64,000 bases of DNA from the human T2T-CHM13v2.0 reference genome, Homo sapiens. This document shows, in pieces, positions 29,960 through 44,095 of this stretch; the stretch's first letter is position 1, and each line of letters starts with the position of its first letter. The notes beneath the pieces were generated by a model. That model was not told where the DNA came from, ran no database searches, and saw only the letters and a list, made by a program, of their open reading frames with translations. The stretch lies in the NCBI RefSeq assembly GCF_009914755.1, contig NC_060935.1, one strand, 5' to 3'. The position numbers and the translations under genes are program-made.

Positions 29960-30190
29960 ATAGAACAGTGGTTAAAAGTATGGTTTTAAATATAGACTTT
30001 CTGAGTTTTAATCTGGTTTTGCAATTTACTAGCTGTGTAATTTTGGGCAAGTTATTTAACCTATCTGAATTACAGACTTGTCATCTGTAAAGTGATAATA
30101 ATGATGATAGCAGTGACCTTATGTAAATAAGCTAAACAGCAAAGCACTTAAAAAGTTTTTACTTGTGTTAAGCGTAAATAAATATTAGCT
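29960..30190 (+). mobile_element. MIR
   Basis: AGTGGTTAAAAG...CTGAGTTTTAATCTGG...TTTACTAGCTGTGTAATTTTGGGCAAGTTATTTAACCTATCTG. Confidence 0.8.
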
Positions 30191-32309
30191 GCCAAGATCA
30201 CCATCGTCATTAATAACTCTATGGGTAACCTTTCTTGCTTAAAAACTTTCTTTTTAATAAAAGTGTCCTGGAAATATTACTTAACTCAAAGATAATGATG
30301 CTCAAATGACAAAATTGAAGGAGAAGGTAAGCATTTTGGGAGGATTTGCTATAGGAGAAATTTTATTGGAAGCAGGGTATTTTGTAGTCTTCAACAAGAA
30401 TGCCAAATCCACCCTAAAACCTAGCCCATCAGTGCCAAGAATATAGTAGGTGTTAAGATGATGTTTGCAGACTGCATAATACTAAAATATATTTATAATA
30501 GTTTGGATTTTTTAAGCTGCATATTCCCTAGAGTTTTCCAGGAATTTGTAAAGTATATCACTAGTTCACTGATGTGTTAAAAGGATGTTTTGCCAAATTT
30601 CATTCCAGGATTTTGTGTATTTCAAGCTGTTCTATTACACTTGCCAAGCAGACTCTCTCCTCCACATCCAGTACAAATTTTTAACTCAAAATACACACCA
30701 AAAAGAATGACTAGTTACAATTTTGGCCACTGAATGAAGTCATCATCCTTGTCTGATTCCAACTGGATTTTTTTTCTATAAACTAGGGGTCCTGGACTGT
30801 GCCTAATCTCTCACAGACATGAGAATGTTGATGTGATAGAATTATCAAATAGAAAAGATGAGACTCTATAGTTGAAGCTCAGTCACTGGGCTCTCAATGC
30901 TGGTAATAAATATTCTGGTGCACTCTAGTGGTAGAAGGAGATAGGCTGGAAGACAGGGAGGTGCACTGGAATTAGCAGTAGTGATTCTTATTCTGGACAA
31001 TATACCACCAATTGTGGATTTAAAAAATTACCTGTGGGATATTTCAGGTAAATGGTAGAATTCACAGATGATCTTGTCCCCTTGTTCCTCTCTACCCAGA
31101 AAATGTCTGGAAGAGAATGACTGTATTCCTTTAATAGGTAGAACACCTCAATTTAAAAAGAAATACAGTGTGTATAGCTGAAAGCTACCTATATTTTATG
31201 GTCATTTTACTTTTCACAGGAGCAGAGTTCATTGTTGTCTTCCCATAATGATGGTAAGAAATAATTTTCAACAGAACTCTCATGTTCTATATATAGTACA
31301 TGCATGTGAATAAGACAAAAGAAGTTTATAAATGCAAATTACATATTTGCACACACATTGATCAATGTCAGTTTTAGGTGTTTTTAAAATTGCATTCTGC
31401 CTCGTTATCATAGCTTTGGCTTTTCCTCTCTGTTAGTTAATTCCACAGCTAACTCCCAGGGCTCTGATCATTCATTCCCTGGCTCACAAAATCTTCCTTT
31501 TGGTGTCTGTTCTTCTATTTTCTTGTCACTGTTAATCTTTTTTCTTGTAATTTGTATCTCAATAGATTGTTTGGATTGTATATTTCTGGGAGACCCAGCT
31601 GTGCCCCGGTCATCTCTGTCACTTCCACATCACCCAGCACAGCACCTGGTGCCTAATGGGCATTTGGAAATACGCGGCAAGTGAACAAATTCATGAAAAA
31701 CCTGACCTGTGACGTTAGAGACTCATGATAATGATGGATTATATCCACTGGTCCAAATCCCACTGAAGGCTCCAGTTAAGTCCCAAAAGCTAGTTAGGAA
31801 GGAGTTTAGAGCTCTTCAGAGCCTTTTTCTCCTTGGAAACCAGGTGTCACACCAACAAGAGCTGATTTCACACTTATTTTCTTCCTTCTAAGCAGGGACC
31901 AGAATGATCTTCTCACTTGTGCTACACCAAGGGAGAAGTAAAAATTTACTCAGACACTTCAGTGTCCAAATTGTTTCATAAATTAAAATGTGCGTGTGTA
32001 TGTAAAAAGGGAGAAGGAGAAAAACACTACCAATATGCGTTCCAGTAGAAAGACCCCAGATTTAAGAATCTGAGAACTGAGATGAACACTCTGTAACAAA
32101 CTCACCACATGGTCTGAAGCAAGTAATGGAACATCCCTATTCCCACTTGCCCTATTTATCAAACAGAACCATCATGCATAGAATCAAATAAAACAATGGA
32201 TGTGACATTCTTGACAGATATAATGGACTTCCAAGGGTTGAAGCTTTTTTAAATTTAAAAGCATCTGGCTTTTGGAAGTGTCATGATGCAACTTTGTTGG
32301 AAATCTTTA

Positions 32310-34075
32310 AATTCATGCAGTCACTTATTTAACAAATATTTTATTGAGCATGTATTATATGCCTGGCATTCTCTCAGGAACAGAAAATACAATCATGAAC
32401 AAAACAAATAAGCTTCCATCTTACTGAAATTTATATTACAGTGAAAGAAAAAATGAGTAAAAAATGAATATGAAATATATGAATATACCAAATTCATTGT
32501 GGTGAAGAAAAAGCAGGATAGAGAATGACAGATGATGCAATTTTTTATCAGATGGCCATGTAAGCGCTCTCTGAAGCAGTGACATTTAAGCCAAGACCTG
32601 AATAAAGTGAGAGAGCTGTGTGAATATCTGGGGGAAAGGGCATCCCAGGCAAAGGAAACAGATAGAGCCAAGGCCCTGAGTAGAAGAATGCTTGGATGGG
32701 CCCAAGGAATAACAAGAATGTCACTGTAGCTGAAGCGAGTAAGGAGGTAAAATATAGAGATGAAGCCAGGGTACAGATCATGCAATGCCTTGTGGGCCAG
32801 GAAGTGATTTTTTTCAATTAAATTTTTTAAAATAACTTTAGAGTTACAGAAAAGTTGCAAAGATAATACAGATAATTTTCCCATACCCCAGGCCCAGTTT
32901 CTCTTATTATTAATCTTATACTGGTCTGGTACATTTGTCACAACCAGGGTACCAATGTTAATACATTATAACTAACTATAGTCCATATTGTATTCATATT
33001 TTCTTAGCTTTTACATAACAATCATTTTTCTGTCCCTGGATTTTATTCAAGAAGCCACACTACATTTAGTCATCATATCTCCTTGGGCTTCTCTTGGTGT
33101 TGACAGTTTCTTAGCCTTTCCCTGTTTCTGATAATTTTTAAGAGTTTTGAAAAGTACTGGTCAGATATTTGATAAATTGTCCCTCAATTTGTGCGTGTTC
33201 AGAATGGTTTGCGCGTTCTTGACAGGAAGACTACAGAGGTAAAGTGCTCTTCTCATCACATTGTATTGGGAATACCTGTTATTAACATGCCTGATCACTG
33301 ACGTCTATCCTTGGTCACCTGACTGAGACAGTTGTTGTCAAATGACTGTAAAGTAATTTTTCCTCATTTTCATACCATACTGTTTACAAGGGCATTACTA
33401 TCAGCATCCCACATTCAAGGGGCAGGGTGTTGTGTTTCATCTCCTTGAAGGAAGGGTATCTAATAAAACCTATTTGGAATTGTTCCACATGAAAGTTTTG
33501 CCTATTATCTTCCATTTATATGTTTGTTCAGTTGTGTATTTATATCATCATGGACTCGTGGATATTGACTTTATCTTTTGGGATATAATACAATACTACA
33601 TTACTTATGGTGGTGGTCACTTTGCTCCAGCTTTACCCATTGGGAGCTTTTGTCCTTGGCTCGCTTTGGCATAGCTATATCATTTTGTTTTTTGAGTCAT
33701 GGAGAGACATTGATGCTATTCTAACCACAGTGGAAGCCATTGGAGAGTTTTGGGAAAAGTAGTAACATGATCCCATTTATATTTTATAAGAATTCTTGTA
33801 GCTGCAATGTAGAGAATAAACCACATTGCAAGATGGCAAGAGTAGAAGCAAGGAACCCTAAGAAAGTGATAATGGCTTGGAGAAAGCTGCAGCAGCAGAA
33901 GTGAGGAGAATTTGGGGGTATAACTTGTAGGATGAGCTTACAGCTATATTGGATGTAGACCATAAAAGCAGGAGAAGTCAAGAGTGACTCCAAGGTTTAT
34001 GTCCTGAGGAATTGGATAACTGGTGATGCTATTTATATCTATGGAAAACACTGAAGAGGGAGCAGTCTTGGAACT
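32310..34075 (-). mobile_element. L2 split by an L1M insertion
   Basis: TTTAACAAATATTTTATTGAGCATGTATTATATGCCTGGCA start; L2 resumes after 33695 (GGAAGCCATTGGAGAGTTTT). Confidence 0.75.
32808..33695 (-). mobile_element. Ancient L1M (L1MC/MD-like) 3' end
   Basis: AGAGTTACAGAAAAGTTGCAAAGATAATACAG...CCACACTACATTTAGTCATCAT...AAGTACTGGTCAG. Confidence 0.75.
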
Positions 34076-35277
34076 CCAAATAATGCGTAAAATACATATA
34101 GCACAGCCAAACTAAATAAAACTATACTTAAAAGAGCAATTGCCTTGAAAACCTTGTTTTGACTTGTTTCTGTGAGGGAACTCAGCAGCATAATTCAAAC
34201 ACAGGCTCCCGGGCCAAGAGAGGCAGATGGTAGCTGTTCCTCAGGCTCAGGCTTAAAGAGAGGAAGGGTTTTCATTTATTTCTCTGAAGATGGTTTCTAG
34301 TCTTTTCGTTTATAAATATTTCTCTCAGTTTGTGAATGTGCTCTTGTTTTGTCTGTGTGCATTCAACTCTGATAGCCCTGGGTGACGTCAGCCATTTGGG
34401 AATCAAAGAGTTCACTCTGAAAAACAAATTGAGGCAACCCAAAAAACATAAAATTGCTCCTTCCAAGGAGTAGGAATATTGAAAATGAGAATTGATTTTG
34501 AGAGTCTTGGGCTTTGGATTAAGATATTATATAAATTTCCCAAATAGTTCATGAGTAATTTTTTCAGCCAACAGATATTTGCTGTGGACCTGTTGCATAC
34601 AAAACCCTGCCTATTAAATAAGGGAAAGAGTTGAGGCTCTCTAATCACCCAGGGGTGAGATACTGTGCGGAAGGATTCTAGCCTAATGCCTGGTGCAATA
34701 AGCATCTGATCAATGGGATCTATTATTATATTATGTGCCATGTACTTCTATATCTTTGGACTTTGAACATGCTGCTTTCTCAATCTGGAAGATACTTCCT
34801 CCCCGTCCCTGGTTTATAAACCTCAACTTGTTCAAGATGTTGCTCTAATGTCACCCCCCACCCCCGTAATCTTCCCTTTTCTCCATATTCCTCATTGCTA
34901 AGCTCTTGGTTGGTTCATATACCAACCAGCAATGTCTTCTACACTTCATTCTTCTATGTGTCTATTGAGTTTTTTCCCTATACGCTCATACACTTTTACC
35001 ACTATTAACTACGTATTTTTCAATAAATCAACTTTCTGTTTTACTTAATTCGACTTCATCTTATGGAGTAATACTCATAAAATTATAAGCTCAGGCCACT
35101 TATTGTATTATTCAACAAATGAACATAAATATATACTGTTTATGACTGTAAATTATAAATAATGTTTATTATTTGAAATACTATCAAAAATCATTTCTCA
35201 TACCACTAGTGTAAAGAATACCATGGTTTGGAAAGCATTCGATTATATATTTGCTATGATGAAATAAATTATGATGA

Positions 35278-35825
35278 ATTGTTTCTAGATTGCTTTAAAT
35301 AGTCTCATTTCTTAGTCTCTCCCTCTATTCATACTCTTTGCCATGTGACTTTGTAGTGCTCTTTCCCTAACTCCTACCCTCAGGCTTGGCCATGTGACTT
35401 GCTTTGGCTAGTGGGATGTTGGCAGACTTGGTGTAAGTGAAGAATTGCAGGCCAGGACTATAGAGCATCAAGTGAAGTACCTAGGGTGAAAACTATAAGG
35501 GAGGACTCATTTTCAGGGTTCTTCTCAGACCCTGGAGACTTAAAAAAAACTGTTAGTCTTCTTTCATTTATTTCAAGGCTATGACAAGAGCATACCAACT
35601 GGTCCCAGGAAAAATATGAGAGAAATGTGGAGCACAGCTGCCTTACTAAGTTATGCCCAACCGATAGAATGCCCCCAGCTAATTGGCAGAAGCATGAACA
35701 AGTCAGCCAAGATCAGCCAAGTGACCAGCCAACTCTCAGTGGACTCACTGATGCATGAACTATAATGGTAGCTAAATATCAGTTTTAGCCATTGACATTT
35801 GTGGCATTTGTAATGCATTGATTAA
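35278..35825 (+). mobile_element. Old MaLR LTR (MLT1G/H-like)
   Basis: TTTGCCATGTGACTTTGTAG...GGCCATGTGACTTGCTTTGGCTAGTGGGATG; CAGCCAAGATCAGC. Confidence 0.6.
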
Positions 35826-38800
35826 AATTTACATATTTTCAGTTCTATAATTTGAGCCCATTAAGGGGAAGGGTATTTTATGTCTATACTCAACCAGTAC
35901 CTGGCACCCAGGAGACGGTAACGAAAAATATTAAACAGAAATTGATGCTATTATGTCATATAGGTGATTGTCAACAAAAGGCAAGCAAATTTCAACTTCA
36001 AAGTACTTGTATTTGCTCTTTCTTTTACCTGGAAAATGTTTTCCTTGATATCTACAGAGCTCTCTCTTGCCTTCTTCAATATTTTACTAAAATTCTGCTA
36101 TCTTATCAGAGGCCCTTCCTGGGATAGGCAAGCTATCTACATTATCACTCAGCCCCTGTCATCACTCTACCTGTGATTCTTATCCTGGTATAAGAATGTT
36201 ATTATTCAACTTCTTTCATATATTGCTTGATACCAAGACTGCCAAGAATGACATAGTATTATAGGTTTTTGTTTTCTGAGACTCCTTTAAACACTGTACC
36301 TGCATTATGTCATATAACACCGAAACAAAGTTATAAGGTAGGTTTAGTATCATTTTGCAAAAAAAACCAGATTGAGATTCAGAGAGGCTATATAATTTTA
36401 TACAGTAACACAGCTAACAAAAACCATCACTTCAGCCTACATCTGTTTCCTTCTCCTCTACTAGTAAGCTGCCACCTGTAATTCTACCACCCCAAGACAG
36501 CAATAATTTTTATATTTCTATGCTCTTTTGTCATGTGCATATTTTCCTTATAGTTGGCACAAATATAATTTCATATTCCATAGTTCAACTAATATCAGAA
36601 ATATTATTAATATTGTTACTCTATATGTATTGGCTGACAAATGGAAATCATTGAGTAGCTTCCCTATTTTTAGATGTTAATGTGTCTTACAGTTTCTTTC
36701 TTTATATATTTTATGGTTTTGATAGATATTGATCACCAAATTATTTTTTAATGTGTTATATCAATTTATTCTGTGACAAGTGGTGGATGTACAAATTTTT
36801 CCACAATTTTGTGGCATTAAATATTACTATTTTTAATTGGTAAATTGATGGATGTAGATGTAAAGAACATTGCTCTGTGTTTCCATCTGTATTTCTTTGT
36901 TATTTATTTGTTAATGTTATTTACACATTCCTTTTTAATATTTCTGCCTTCATGAGTCTTGTATTTGTACTTTTAATCTATCTATCCATTGTAATCTTGA
37001 GCTTTTTTTCCAACAACTCATTTTTCTCAGATTTGAATTTGTTTAAGAAATTCCATACCCTATCATCTCTGCTTTCCATTTTGCAAAATGTAAAATGTTA
37101 CATTGTGAATAATTATTTCTATAGTGCCTACTGTATTTATTTTTAGGAAACAGTATTTTTCAGGCAATATGTTTTACATGGATCAAAGAAGTTACACTTG
37201 TTTATGGAGTATATATTCCAAATACGTATCACTGAATCTGCTTGTGCCATCTTTTTGTCAAATCAACTCATTATTAATGGGTCCTCTGCAATTTATAAAT
37301 GAATTAAGTATACTGGCACTTAACCATCTTCTTTTGTAAATACTGATTGAAACAACATAAAATCATTTTAGAATACATAGATACTTTTTAAGAACTATTC
37401 ATCAATTGGATTGAATAAAGAGTACTGATTTATAAATTTCATGCCTAAATATCATTTTTCTAGAAGAAAAGTACTCATTTCTGAGTTAGTATTCACATAT
37501 ATTTTTAAATCTGTGATTTTTTATTTTACCTCAAGCTAGATCCGTCTCCCAAGAATCTCTTTATAGATGCTGTGTGACAGCTTTAAAGGTGTTATGGTGG
37601 CAATTAACTAACTCAGAAGTTAAAATAATACCAACCCTTTCCTAAATCCTTGTATTTGAATGTTAATTAAGCAATTAGATGCACAAGGGATAATTGCCAG
37701 ATGATGCCTCCTGGTAGAGTTAAGTTAGCAGACAAAAATGATGAATTCTATTAATACTGTGTCCAAATTAAAAAAAAATCTCAAGCAGCCTAAAATAAAA
37801 ACCAAAGCAACAACACAAAAGCAATCTGAGAAATAAGAGATTTTTAGTTTGTGGGAAGGGGTCTTTTTTGATTGTTATGGGAGTGTTGGTGAATGCTTGT
37901 AATGAAACATAAACAAGAGCTAGTCATGCAAGCTTTTCACTTGTGAATCAATTCAATTAACTGCTGATTTGAGCAAATCCTCCAAAATGGAGCATCAAAT
38001 TAAAGCCAAAATCATGAATTACAGATGAAAAGTCTGTTTGGATTGTATGGATGAATAACTTATTCTGACATGTTCCACCAATTAATGAGTTTCCCCATCT
38101 TTGTGTAATCCAGACTAGATTTTCCAGCCAAAATCTTCTTTAACTGCAATTGATCACCTTCCCCTTTGTCTACCCATCCCCTCAACATTGACCCATCAAG
38201 CCTAACCTTGGGAAGGGCTCTGGTGTAATAATTTTATCATGCAGGTCTCCAAATGTCCTACTTTCTAGGTTTATGGATAAAATCTTTGGTTGGAAGGGTG
38301 AGGGTAGTAATACAGCTACACATAGAATACTTGTATTCAAATTTGTGAAAAGTACCATCTTTCATGATGTGGAGTTGCTATACTATGGACAAATGACTTG
38401 GAGAGTGGAACCCAAACTTGCCACTCTGGGAATAACCCACAAGACCGTATGTAGTGGCCCGAAGTGAAGAGATGAAAAATAAATATTGGATTGAAGCATT
38501 TTCTCTCTTCCCTGTTCTTTTGAAAAGGAGTGAGATGCCATAAATGCATCGTTTACTTGGGAAGGGTCTTTTTGCCTACTTGCTCATGCCTGAGGTATAC
38601 ATCCCCTCCCTCAGTAATTCCAACTCTCTAACATGGAGTAGATGGGGTTGTGGGAAGAAGTGACACTGACTACTTAACTTCGATTTTACCAACTGTTTAA
38701 TTAACACTCAAGTTCATGATTTTAGAAAACTAATGACTCCCACCCACCCCACTTCCAAGATAATTTTGACACCATCTCCCAGGGACTGAGAATTTCTTAA

Positions 38801-39638
38801 ACAGAGATGGTTGAGTTTCCACCAATAATTCATTTATCTCACCAGCGTTGAACATAAGATTTATGGTAGTACTCTTGTCATCAGAAGAACATGCCTCTGG
38901 TTTGGATTTTCTGTCTGTTCTACCTCTCAGGAATCCAAAGGCATTGGTAGACAAACAGAGCCAACAGAGTCAGAATGATGGAAACTGATACCAGGAAAAC
39001 CTGGAAGGGTTCTTCTAGAATTACGTGTTGGTCAAAGACAGTCATATTAAATAACTATAAATTGCTAGGCACTAGTCTAAGCCATGCAGGTAATACAGAA
39101 ATGTTTATGACAGGACTGTGATATCAATAGTTTGCAATGCAGGCACTGCAAAAGGTACACAAATGAAAAAAGTTGCAAAGACTGGATAAAATAAAAATAT
39201 TGGAACAACAATGGAATTAATCAAATACCCTCAAAATACCAGGGAAAATGACACTGTTAAGGAATACCTTTAAAGTTCCCTCTCCATATACAATGTGCTT
39301 CATTTTATAGAGTTTGCCATAAGCTTTGGGGTAAGAATAGAGGCTAGATAGTAGCAGTGATGGAGAAAATGATAAATGAGCAAACCAGAGCAATGAATCA
39401 CAGCAGTAAGTGAAACCTGAGAGGTTTTTGGGTAAGAAAACTATCAAAATCTGGGTCAGGGAAAGGCAGAGAGTGCATGACTACCATTTGTCTATCTTCA
39501 TTAGACAGGTTGCAATAGACAATCACACTTAAAGTACAGCAGTTGGCACCGAAGTAAAAAAAAAAAAAAAAAAAGAAAAAGAAAAGAAAAGAAATGTTAA
39601 AACAAAGAAGACCAAGTATATGTAATATCGATCCTCTA

Positions 39639-39916
<278 letters not shown>

Positions 39917-40519
39917 GCAACTGCCTATTTTGAGGGAGCTTTCACTTGATGTATCCAGCCAGATAATTTTTGGAGGATACAAAGCCAATTAATTTCCCCT
40001 TCTTTACCTTCAAGTTCAGAAAGAAGTATAAGACATGTGGAGAATATTGCTTAGATATGTGGCTAAATGAGTTGCTGATATTTCACTGATGCATTAGTAA
40101 ATAGATTACCCCACCCACTGTGACTCAACTGGATACCTGTATCTCATCTCCTTACTTGCTAAAGACAGACCCTGTCTAGTAACCTTACTGGATATTAGAA
40201 AGCAGACTAGAATGCCATCTATCTGCACAGACAGATTGCAGAATGAGCAGAGAAAGAACTGAGCATGCTTGGTTTCATTACCCCTTCTAGCAATCAGATA
40301 AAGCACATCTGATTCTGGGAGGATTGGGTGAAGGGCAGGAAACGGTCCATGAATGTTATTTTAGCTCAAGTTTTTCAGGACCACCTGATAGGTTAACTAA
40401 GCCTCACCTTACTGACTAATCAATTATAGGACTCATTGAATCGTATGAGAAAGTATATGGGGTTCTTGATGCATCTAAAGTGAGGATAAGAGAGTATTTT
40501 ACTGACAATAAAGGAAAAT

Positions 40520-40730
40520 AAAAGACCACACTCACAGAATACTTACTCTGTGCCCAACATTGTTCTATAAAATGTAAGTACATTAAATCTAAAGTTCTCA
40601 AAAATCTCATGCATTTGAATTGCCCCCACTATAGAGATAAGAAAAATGAGATTTAGAGAGGTGAAATAATATCCCCAAGGTCACATAACTAGTAACTGGC
40701 AGAGCCGAGATGAAGCCCAGCAAACCTGGA
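40520..40730 (-). mobile_element. MIR
   Basis: AGATAAGAAAAATGAGATTTAGAGAGGTGAAATAATATCCCCAAGGTCACATAACTAGTAACTGGCAGAGCC. Confidence 0.8.
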
Positions 40731-41956
40731 TCCTCTTTTTCATCAAGATATCTCACCTCTCACCATGAGGGCCGGAGGAGAGAAAAAGGAGAAACAGTTT
40801 TCCAGTGTTCCCGCTCCTCTTCCACCTTCTCGAAGCTGAGCTGAGGCAGAAGTCCATCCACTTTTATTTAGAGCAGTGAAACAGTGAATTTAGTTTTCTG
40901 ATCACTAACATTCTTGATCCCCACAGGGCCTTACTATCAGCTCCATCTCATGAACAATAGTAAGGAAGAGTTGGAAGAAAGTCCTGAAAGCTTCCCTTAT
41001 TCTCTGACATCCCCCGGGAAGATGCTAATAAACCTCATTTCTCACAGCTACTTTTTGTTGCCCATTGGCTCATTTTTCATCTGATTTCTGCATTCTTAGC
41101 ATGTCACTGTTTTTGAGATGGTAATCTATGTGAAAGCTTTCAAAGGAAAAAAAAAACAGCCACTATCCATTTTGTGTGTTGTTTTCCTTCCCTGGAAACT
41201 TACTTTTGAGACCCAAATGTTTGGAAAAAAAAGGTGATCAGAGAATAAAAAATCATAAACATTCTGAATATATAAACCAAGAAAATAAAGTGTGGGTTTG
41301 GGAGGACTGAGTGCTATGGCTTTGCAATGTTTCATTTTAATGGGTCCTGGGCTTCTACATCTAAGGGCTGACTGATCATGTCTTCTTTTTTTCTCTTTTT
41401 CCTTAACAGGTTTCCCTAAATATTTGACCCATAAATCAAATTGCTATAACATTAATTATTTTTGACCTTTGGTGTTAATTGTCAAAAATATCTCCTGCTA
41501 AAAATTACTGCAACACTAACCCTTTCTGGTTGGTACTGGTACATGAGTAGGTGAATGGCAGTTTCTTACCTTCTATGGTTTTATGAAGGTTAGAAAGCCA
41601 ACATCACAACCCACACACACCTAAGCTTAAAAATATGGCTCCAAGCTGGAAGACCCAGTTTCCTCCGTCTCTACCAACACTGTTCTGGGTCTGCTGATGC
41701 CTCCTCTACCCTCCATTATTCAGGAGCAATCTTTCAATTTCTGAGCCAGTACTGGGGATGTTAGAGGAGAATGAAGGAAGGTAACTACTATGATTAACTT
41801 TGAGCATTAACAGTGTGTCAGGTAGTTTGTTAGGCATTATTCATAAGATAAACAGTATCAGCTCACTTTTTACAGATGATAAAAAAAGAACACAGGAAAC
41901 AGTTAAACAGTGTCAGAGACTAATGGGACTAAGAATTATGCCATCACTAGGACAAC

Positions 41957-42068
41957 CATAGAGCCTGGTTTTCCAAAGACAGTTCCAGGTTACATTTGAC
42001 ATTAATTATTATGTTAATTATTAATAACCCATCCTTTTACTCTCTAATGTGAGTTATAAGTTCACCTA
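41957..42068. mobile_element. Short hAT non-autonomous element (MER81-like)
   Basis: GACAGTTCCAGGTTAC...TAATTATTAATAACCCATCCTTTTACTCTC...TTCACCTA resembles the recalled MER81 consensus. Confidence 0.45.
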
Positions 42069-42879
42069 ATTATCCTTACTTGAACTGGAGTACGGTGGCA
42101 CCAGCAATGCTTCTGGGTCTTCACGTCCTTGAACCTCTTTTTACCTCCTACCTAGAGTCTTATTTGCTTCCAGCCAGACGGTAGGTCTCACACAAAACAG
42201 GATGGCACCTAGATGTTCGTGTAGACACTAAATTATGGTTTTTACTCATCCTGGATTGAGCTAACTTTTAAACCTGAGCATTGGCTAGTTTGTACCACAA
42301 CAGTTTCTGTTAGTTATCCTATCTGGTAGTCAAACCTTCTGTAAAACTAGGAACCTGTTTTACCCTGTTGGAGTTCAAGTAATCTTACTAAAGATCTGGA
42401 CCAAAACCTTGACAAGGGACTAAAATTAATTCCCTATTGCCCTGGAAAAATTTGGGCAACATTTTTCATATGCACAAGACCCTCCTGCTTTTAGTTGCAG
42501 TCTGACCCTTCTGCTTTTAGTTGCAGGTGTAAAGGTGAAGATCCTATACTACCACTGGAAGAAAAGTCCCTCTGTATGTCAGCAGGGTGATACAAGGGGT
42601 TGTAAACACCAAAATGCTAATGAGATCTTGGGCTACTATGCAATCATTATATCTAAATACAGGATGTGACAGGCTCATTCTAATGCTACTGATCAAAAAT
42701 ATCCTAGGAAATTCTCTTTTAAGGAGAAGGGACCCTTAGGATATTAAGATGATCAAACAACATATAAGGAATTCTTTCATTCATTCAACAACTATTGAGT
42801 GTCTATTATGTACTAAGCACTGTGCCAGTGCTGGAGATACAGAGTTCTCTGTTCTGTAGAGAAGAGTCTAGCAGGGGAC

Positions 42880-43276
42880 TGTCATGGGCTGAATGTTTTG
42901 TTTACCTTCCCAAATTCATACTTGGAAGCCCTAACATTCAATGTGATGGTATTAGGAGGTGGGCTTTTTGATAATTAATTAGGTTTAATTGAGCTCATGA
43001 AGATGGAGCTCCCATAAAGAGGCCTTATTATTAGCTTTCATGAGTTCCCTTATTATAAGAAGGAAAAAAATACCCCAGATATTTCTCTCTTTGCCATGTG
43101 AGGACACAATGAGATGGTGGCTTTCTGCAAGCTAGGAAGTGGACTCTCACCAAATAGTGAATTTTCCTGACTTTGATCTTGGCCTCCCAACCTCCAGAAC
43201 TGTGACAAATAAATATCTGTTGTTCTAGCTACCCAGTTATGGTTTTTTGTTATAGCAGCTCAATTTGACAAATACG
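42880..43276 (+). mobile_element. MaLR solo LTR (MLT1A0-like) inside an L2 (about 42775-43560, minus strand)
   Basis: TGTCATGGGCTGAATG...GCCATGTGAGGACACA...CCTCCAGAACTGTGACAAATAAAT; TSD GGGAC/TGGAC. Confidence 0.88.
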
Positions 43277-44095
43277 TGGACACAAGCATTCATCTAGCAG
43301 TCACACAGATATAGAATTACAGACCACAGGAATAATAAAAAATGTACACTGTGCTTTTAATAGAGTATATTGGGGGCCCCTTGGGCAGTACATGAGACTG
43401 CTTCTCTGACGATATGACAAACTGAGCCCTGAGGGACTGGTAACAGTTAACCAAGTAAAGGATGAGGTAGCCTTTCAGGATGGGGAAAGTGAATGCACTG
43501 AGGTCTTAAACCAAGAGGGAGAAACCCATCAGCTGACTGAAAGAAAAGCTAAGCCAAGGAATTTGAATATGTAGTCTAGAGAAGAGTGGGGTATGGTGGT
43601 GGGATGGGAATGGGGTGAAGTTGAGCAAGGTGAGAGTTCCAGATAACTTGTCCTATGGAAGAGGGACTAGACTGAGACAGTTCCATTGTGTGAAAGCTAT
43701 AGAATGATATTTTAATTTAAAATATGGAAAACGTCCTGCTTCTTGAGTCAGTGTTTTGAAGGCAGTAAGCGTCTGTCTCTAGATCCATTTGCATGGAGGC
43801 TGTATCACAACTTGGTTAGAATTTTGTAGAGATGATTCAGAGTGTTGGAAATGCTGAATATTTAAGTCCATCTCATTTAGGAGATTTTGTGAATCACTTA
43901 CTTTCAGTTAAAAAGAAAAAGCTAGTCCTCAGGGGTAAATATCTGATGAAGGTACATACTATTAAAAATTCCCCAAAGACAAGAGAATCTTGGAAATTCT
44001 TTTCCAATAAGACAATTGCAAGCTTTTAAGAAACATCAGTCCTGCTATACTTATAGAGTCCTGAAAATACAGCATTTACATTTTTAAAAAGCCAC

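Noticed and set aside
32393-32941. 182-aa ORF
   Set aside because: Spans an L1M/L2 junction in decayed repeats with no domain signature.
39556-39593. Orphan A-rich tracts (also 131-158, 3403-3416, 7210-7227) as tails of retrocopies
   Set aside because: No TSDs or adjacent mRNA-like body found.
41405-41416. Recursive splice site AG|GT
   Set aside because: The reconstituted donor GTTTCC is too poor; kept only as an acceptor candidate.
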